From assembly GCA_031459625.1 (NCBI GenBank), contig JAVKIH010000002.1, positions 73,174 to 137,173 on the forward strand: DNA of 64,000 nt, given 5' to 3'. The notes beneath the pieces are model-generated. The model ran no database searches, had not been told where the DNA came from, and saw only the letters and a program-made list of their open reading frames with translations. The position numbers were made by a program, and so were the translations under genes. Positions 59,449-64,000 of the stretch are shown here, in pieces. Within the stretch, counting starts at the first letter, position 1, and each line of letters opens with the position of its first letter. The DNA is from Candidatus Geohabitans tengchongensis (GTDB lineage: Bacteria > Sysuimicrobiota > Sysuimicrobiia > Sysuimicrobiales > Humicultoraceae).

Positions 59449-60747
59449 GTGGTGCGCGTGAGCAGGCACCCTCGCCCGACTCCGGTTCACCTCACGGGGG
59501 CCAAGCCGCCGGTCTATCGGCGCTACGCCGCTGCCTGGGCCGCAGCGGGATGCGTGCTCACCCTGGTCGCCCTGCCTGCGCTGGCCGACTTCCCCTGGTC
59601 CGGCTACGCGCTCTTTCTCGCCCTCGCCTCGATCGGCGGCTTCATCCTCGCCAGGGTCGGCCCAGGCTACATGCCCATGCAGGGGCCCGTCGCGCTCGCC
59701 GCGGTGTGGCTGTTCGGCTGGCCGGCGGGTATGCCGATCGCCGCCACGGTCCCGATCCTCCTCGTCCTGGCCCGGCGCATGAGTGTCTGGGTGGGGCTGC
59801 TCGCCTTCGGCAACGCGGGGACGGCCCTCGCCCTGGCCGGAGCGCTCTACCATCGCTTCAGCCGGCCGCCCCAGGCCCAGGAGGCGTCCTGGCAGCAGGC
59901 TGTCGTACTGGCATCCGCCGGCGCCCTCTTTGTCCTGGGGAACGTCGTGATCGCCTTCATCGGCCGGTACCTCGACAGCGGCGACCCGCAACACGTGCGC
60001 CCGCGGCACATCGCCCGTCTGGCCGGCTTCACCTTCCTGGCGTACGTCCCGGTCTCGTACGTCCTGGCGCTGGCCTCCAGCGTGGGCGCATCCGCCCAGC
60101 TCCTGACCCTGAGCATCTGGCTCATCACCAGCTTCGCCCTGAAGGGCATGGCCGAGGCCCGGGAGGCCAATGCCCGCCTCGAGGAGGCGTTGGCGGAGGT
60201 GCGCCACCTCGCGATCACCGATACCCTCACTGGTCTCGGTAACCGCCGGCACTTCACCGAGGTCTTCGAGCAGGCGCTGGCAGCCTGCCGCGACTGCGGC
60301 GCGCCCCTGGCCCTCCTCCTGCTCGACCTGCGCGGGCTCAAGGCGATCAACGACCGGCTCGGCCACCCCCGTGGCGACGAGGTCCTCTGCGAGACCGCCC
60401 GGGTGCTGCGCAGCGCCCTGGGCCCAGGAGACCAGGCGTTCCGCGTCGGTGGGGACGAGTTCGCCGTGATACTTCCGGGGACCACGCGGGGGACGGCGGT
60501 GGCGCTGGGGGAGCGCCTCTGTGCCGCCCTGGAGACGCTAGGGCTGGCGCGGGCCGAGGCCGTCGCGACCGGCGCCACGGCGGGCGTGGCCGTGTTCCCC
60601 GACGACGGAGAGACGGTGAGCCAGCTGACCTCGGCGGCAGACGCCGCGCTCTACGCGGCGCGGGCAGCCGGGGCGCCGGTCGGCACCGGCCTCACTGCCA
60701 CCCGCGCTTCCGCCCTTCCCCCAGGGGCGGCGACCGCCCCATCATAG
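59449..60747 (+). CDS. Membrane-bound diguanylate cyclase (GGDEF)
   Basis: Several TM helices, TDTLTGLGNRR, INDRLGH, RVGGDEF; start uncertain. Confidence 0.85.
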   Translation: MVRVSRHPRPTPVHLTGAKPPVYRRYAAAWAAAGCVLTLVALPALADFPWSGYALFLALASIGGFILARVGPGYMPMQGPVALAAVWLFGWPAGMPIAATVPILLVLARRMSVWVGLLAFGNAGTALALAGALYHRFSRPPQAQEASWQQAVVLASAGALFVLGNVVIAFIGRYLDSGDPQHVRPRHIARLAGFTFLAYVPVSYVLALASSVGASAQLLTLSIWLITSFALKGMAEAREANARLEEALAEVRHLAITDTLTGLGNRRHFTEVFEQALAACRDCGAPLALLLLDLRGLKAINDRLGHPRGDEVLCETARVLRSALGPGDQAFRVGGDEFAVILPGTTRGTAVALGERLCAALETLGLARAEAVATGATAGVAVFPDDGETVSQLTSAADAALYAARAAGAPVGTGLTATRASALPPGAATAPS

Positions 60748-60872
60748 AGGCCGTCCAGGAAGCCCTCGCCACGGACAGCCGCGGCTGCCCACAACCGGGG
60801 TGCGGCGCCCGGGGAGGCGTGCGCATCGACCGGGGGCATGAACGGGGGCGGCATGGACGGAGGCATGAGGGG

Positions 60873-62456
60873 ATGGACCGCTACGACGTGGTGATCCGCA
60901 ACGCCACCATCGTGGACGGCAGCGGAGGCGCGCCGGTGGTGGGCGACGTGGCCATCACGGGGGACCGCGTGGCCGCCGTGGGCGGGACGGTGGCGGGGAG
61001 CGGGCGGGAGGAGATCGAGGCGGGCGGTCTGGTGGCCGCGCCGGGCTTCATCAACATGCTGAGCTGGGCCAACGTCTCCCTCCTGGCCGACGGCCGTTCC
61101 CAGAGCGACATCCGCCAGGGGGTGACGCTGGAGGTGCTCGGCGAGGGCACCTCCATGGGCCCGCTCACCGAGGCGATGCGCCGGCAGATGGTGGCCCGCC
61201 AGGGCGACATCCGCTACGAGGTCGCCTGGACGACCCTGGGCGAGTACCTGGAGCACCTGGTGCGCCGGGGGGTCGCCCCCAACGTCGCCTCTTTTGTCGG
61301 CGCGACCACGGCGCGCATCTTCGTCCTGGGCTACGAGCGCCGCGCGCCGAGCGCCGCCGAGCTCGACCGGATGCGCGCGGTGGTGCGGGAGGCGATGCGC
61401 GAAGGGGCCATGGGCGTCTCCACCGCCCTGATCTACGCGCCGGGCTCGTACGCCGCCACCGACGAGGTGGTGGCGCTCGCCGAGGTGGCCGCCGAGCACG
61501 ACGGGCTCTACATCTCCCACATCCGCAACGAGGAGGCGGGGATCCTCGAGGCGCTGGAGGAGTTCCTCACCATCGTGCGCACGAGCGGCGCCCGCGGGGA
61601 GATCTACCACCTGAAGGTCTCCGGGGAGCGCCACTGGCCGCTCATGGATCGGGTGCTCGGGGCGATCGAGGAGGCCCGGGCCGCCGGGCTGCCGGTCACC
61701 GCGGACATGTACCCGTACACGGCGTCGGCCACAGGGCTCGACACCGCCGTGCCGGGATGGGCCCATGAAGGCGGCCCCGAGGCGCTGGTGGCGCGCCTGC
61801 GCGACCCGGCCACCCGGGCGCAGGTCCGGGAGCAGCTCGCCCTCTTCACCGCCCCGGAGCGGGTCCTGCTCGTCGCCGTCAGGGCCGACCACCTCAAGCC
61901 GCTCATCGGCCGCACGCTGGCGGAGGTGGCGGCCGCGCGCGGGCAGGACTACCGGGACACGCTGCTCGACCTGCTGGTCGAGGACGACAGCCGCGTGGGC
62001 GCGGTCTTCTTCACCATGTCCGAGGCGAACGTGCGCAAGGTGATGGCCCGCCCCTGGGTGGCCTTCGGCTCCGACGCCGCCTCGCTCGCCCCCGAAGGGG
62101 TCTTCCTGCGCTCGGGCACCCACCCGCGCGCCTACGGCACCTTCGCCCGGGTGCTGGGGCGCTACGTGCGGGAGGAGCGGGTGCTCACGCTGCCGGAGGC
62201 GGTGCGCCGGATGACCGCGCTGCCGGCCGAGACGCTGCGCCTGCGCGACCGGGGGCGGCTCGTCCCCGGCGCGTTGGCGGACGTGGTGGTGTTCGACCCG
62301 GACCGGATCATCGACCACGCCACCTACGACCAGCCGCACCGGTACGCCACCGGGGTGCGACACGTCTTCGTGAACGGCGTGGCGGTGCTGCGGGACGGGG
62401 AGCACACCGGCGCGCTGCCGGGGCGGGTGGTCCGCGGCCCGGGCAGCACCCAGTAG
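60873..62456 (+). CDS. N-acyl-D-amino-acid deacylase family amidohydrolase
   Basis: IVDGSG, APGFIN, SHIRNE, HPRAYGTFARVLG, ADVVVFDP. Confidence 0.9.
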   Translation: MDRYDVVIRNATIVDGSGGAPVVGDVAITGDRVAAVGGTVAGSGREEIEAGGLVAAPGFINMLSWANVSLLADGRSQSDIRQGVTLEVLGEGTSMGPLTEAMRRQMVARQGDIRYEVAWTTLGEYLEHLVRRGVAPNVASFVGATTARIFVLGYERRAPSAAELDRMRAVVREAMREGAMGVSTALIYAPGSYAATDEVVALAEVAAEHDGLYISHIRNEEAGILEALEEFLTIVRTSGARGEIYHLKVSGERHWPLMDRVLGAIEEARAAGLPVTADMYPYTASATGLDTAVPGWAHEGGPEALVARLRDPATRAQVREQLALFTAPERVLLVAVRADHLKPLIGRTLAEVAAARGQDYRDTLLDLLVEDDSRVGAVFFTMSEANVRKVMARPWVAFGSDAASLAPEGVFLRSGTHPRAYGTFARVLGRYVREERVLTLPEAVRRMTALPAETLRLRDRGRLVPGALADVVVFDPDRIIDHATYDQPHRYATGVRHVFVNGVAVLRDGEHTGALPGRVVRGPGSTQ

Positions 62457-62477
62457 GCGGAGATCCCGGGAGGAGCG

Positions 62478-62554
62478 TGGCTGGGGGGGGAGGCTTCGAT
62501 CCTCCGCTACGGCGTTCAAAGCGCCGCGTCCTCACCTGGCTAGACGACCCCCCA
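62478..62554 (-). tRNA. tRNA-Gln(UUG)
   Basis: Cloverleaf: acceptor TGGGGGG/CCCCCCA, anticodon arm CGGCG-CTTTGAA-CGCCG, T arm GGAGG-ATCGAAG-CCTCC, encoded CCA. Confidence 0.92.
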
Positions 62555-62603
62555 GCGGCGCACCCTTCATCTTACCATGACGACGTCATGCCTTCGGTCG
62601 GCC

Positions 62604-63020
62604 TCACCGGCCCCGGTCGAGCGCCACCACCTCGATTTCCACCAGCGCGCCCCGGGGCAGCCGCGCCGCCTGCACGGTGGTCCGGGCCGGCGGCTCCTCC
62701 GGGAAGAAGGCACCGTACTCTTCGTTCATCGGGCCGAAGTCGTTCATGTCGGCCAGGAAGACGGTGCACTTCACCACGTCCGCCAGGGAGGCCCCGGCGG
62801 CCTCCAGCACGGCGCGCACGTTCGTCAGGACCTGGCGTGTCTGCTGCTTGACGTCCTGACCGACCAGCTGTCCCGTGCCCGGGTCGAGGGCGATCTGCCC
62901 CGACAGGAAGAGGAAGCCGCCCGCGCGGATGGCCTGGGAGTAGGGGCCGATGGCGAGGGGAGCGCCATCGGTGCTGATCACCTCGCGGCGAGCGTCGGGA
63001 CGGACGGGATCGCGTTTCAT
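62604..63020 (-). CDS. ridA: RidA family enamine/imine deaminase
   Basis: APLAIGPYSQA, SGQI, PPARTTVQ, LVEIE. Confidence 0.93.
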   Translation of the reverse strand: MKRDPVRPDARREVISTDGAPLAIGPYSQAIRAGGFLFLSGQIALDPGTGQLVGQDVKQQTRQVLTNVRAVLEAAGASLADVVKCTVFLADMNDFGPMNEEYGAFFPEEPPARTTVQAARLPRGALVEIEVVALDRGR

Positions 63021-63146
63021 GTGAGGACCTCCTCAGGTCGGGAATGGGCCACCACCGACGGTGACATCAGGTCGCACAGATCCTGCGAGCGCACACGCGT
63101 CCTGGGCTTTCGGGTTGTCACGGGGCAGCACAATCCCTGGCGCCCC

Positions 63147-63380
63147 CTACAGGTCGGCGAGCAGCTGGCGCAGACGGCGGCGCAGCGTCTCCGGGGCGGC
63201 CTCGCCGGTGCACTTCATGCGGATGATCTCGCGCAACCGCACCTCGAACTCGTGCAGGTCCTGGCAGGGCTGACAGCGCCGGCAGTGCTCCTCCACCCGC
63301 TCATAGGTGAGGCGGTCGAGCTCCCGGTCCATGAACTGCCAGAGCAGCCGGAGCACCTCGTCGCACCGCCCCTGGCTCAC
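63147..63380 (-). CDS. Zinc-binding anti-sigma factor (ZAS, RsrA-like)
   Basis: C...HCRRCQPC (HxxxCxxC), APETLRRRL. Confidence 0.88.
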   Translation of the reverse strand: MSQGRCDEVLRLLWQFMDRELDRLTYERVEEHCRRCQPCQDLHEFEVRLREIIRMKCTGEAAPETLRRRLRQLLADL

Positions 63381-64000
63381 GACGCCGCGCCTCCCCCATC
63401 CTGGCCTCGCCGCCGGGCGTCGCGGCGCCGGGGGGCGCGAGGCCGACGCCCGGCGCGCACCGCGTACTCCCACAGGCGCTGCTGCAGCTGGCGCCGCCCG
63501 CGGAAGAGGCGGGACATCACGGTCCCGATGGGGATGCCGAGGATCTCGGCGATCTCCTTGTAGGAGAAGCCCTCCAGGTCGGCCAGGACCACCGGAGCGC
63601 GGAAGCGGTCGGGGAGGGCATCCAGGGCGGCGGCCACGTCGGCGTCCATGACCTGCGCCAGCACGATCTCCTCGGGGTTGCCCTGCCGGGCCAGGTCCGC
63701 GCTCTCACGCGCCCGCGTGTACAGGTAGTGGTCCTCTACCGCCTCCGTGTCCACCACCTCGGGTTCGCGGCCGCGCCGCCGGTAGGTATCGATGAAGGCG
63801 TTCATGAGGATGCGAAAGAGCCACGCCCGGGCGTTCGTGCCGGCCTGGAAGGTGTGGAAGGAACGCCACCCTCGCAGGAGCGCGTCCTGCACCAGGTCCT
63901 CCGCGGCCGCGCGGTTGCGGGTCAGTCGCAGGGCGGTGCGGTAGAGGCCGTCGAGGTATTCTTCGACCAGGGCGGCGAACTGCTCGCGCGCCTCGGCATC
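63377..64000 (-). CDS. ECF sigma factor (SigR/SigH-like), 5' end beyond window
   Basis: GTNARAWLFRILMN, GFSYKEIAEILGIPIGTVMSRLFRGR. Confidence 0.92.
   Translation of the reverse strand, partial: DAEAREQFAALVEEYLDGLYRTALRLTRNRAAAEDLVQDALLRGWRSFHTFQAGTNARAWLFRILMNAFIDTYRRRGREPEVVDTEAVEDHYLYTRARESADLARQGNPEEIVLAQVMDADVAAALDALPDRFRAPVVLADLEGFSYKEIAEILGIPIGTVMSRLFRGRRQLQQRLWEYAVRAGRRPRAPRRRDARRRGQDGGGAAS

Noticed and set aside
57565..60747. 1060-aa plus-strand ORF suggesting a giant GGDEF fusion
   Set aside because: The first ~620 aa are an antisense shadow of prs/glmU; the real gene starts near 59449

Overview
Very GC-rich bacterial chromosome segment, almost all coded on the minus strand. The gene content points to a diderm Terrabacterium, plausibly Armatimonadota/CSP1-3-like (inference). 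Main blocks: a peptide ABC locus with an HTH_17 regulator; pcrA; a collapsed toxin-antitoxin locus; purine genes (hpt, guaB3, guaA); pyrimidine genes (pyrD, pyrF, pyrE); an SLH-porin (OmpM-like); a cobalamin-riboswitch btuB operon; a ~30 kb outer-membrane biogenesis cluster (lipoyl-like protein, 2 SpoIVB/S55 proteases, tamB, sigma factor, putative anti-sigma, bamA, 3 OmpH-like genes, lpxD, lpxC, fabZ, lpxA, lpxI, lpxA, lpxB, lptCAB, lptF/G, arnT-like, GT2, DUF3084); wecB, wecA, prs, glmU; a GGDEF/deacylase islet; tRNA-Gln; ridA; and an ECF sigma/zinc anti-sigma pair. Most intriguing: a small secreted peptide with two near-identical 19-aa cores beside a 13-bp tandem repeat, circularly permuted SpoIVB-like proteases linked to a sigma/putative anti-sigma pair, and two LpxA paralogues with complementary active-site substitutions. 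Family calls rest on motifs recognised by eye; no database searches were run.
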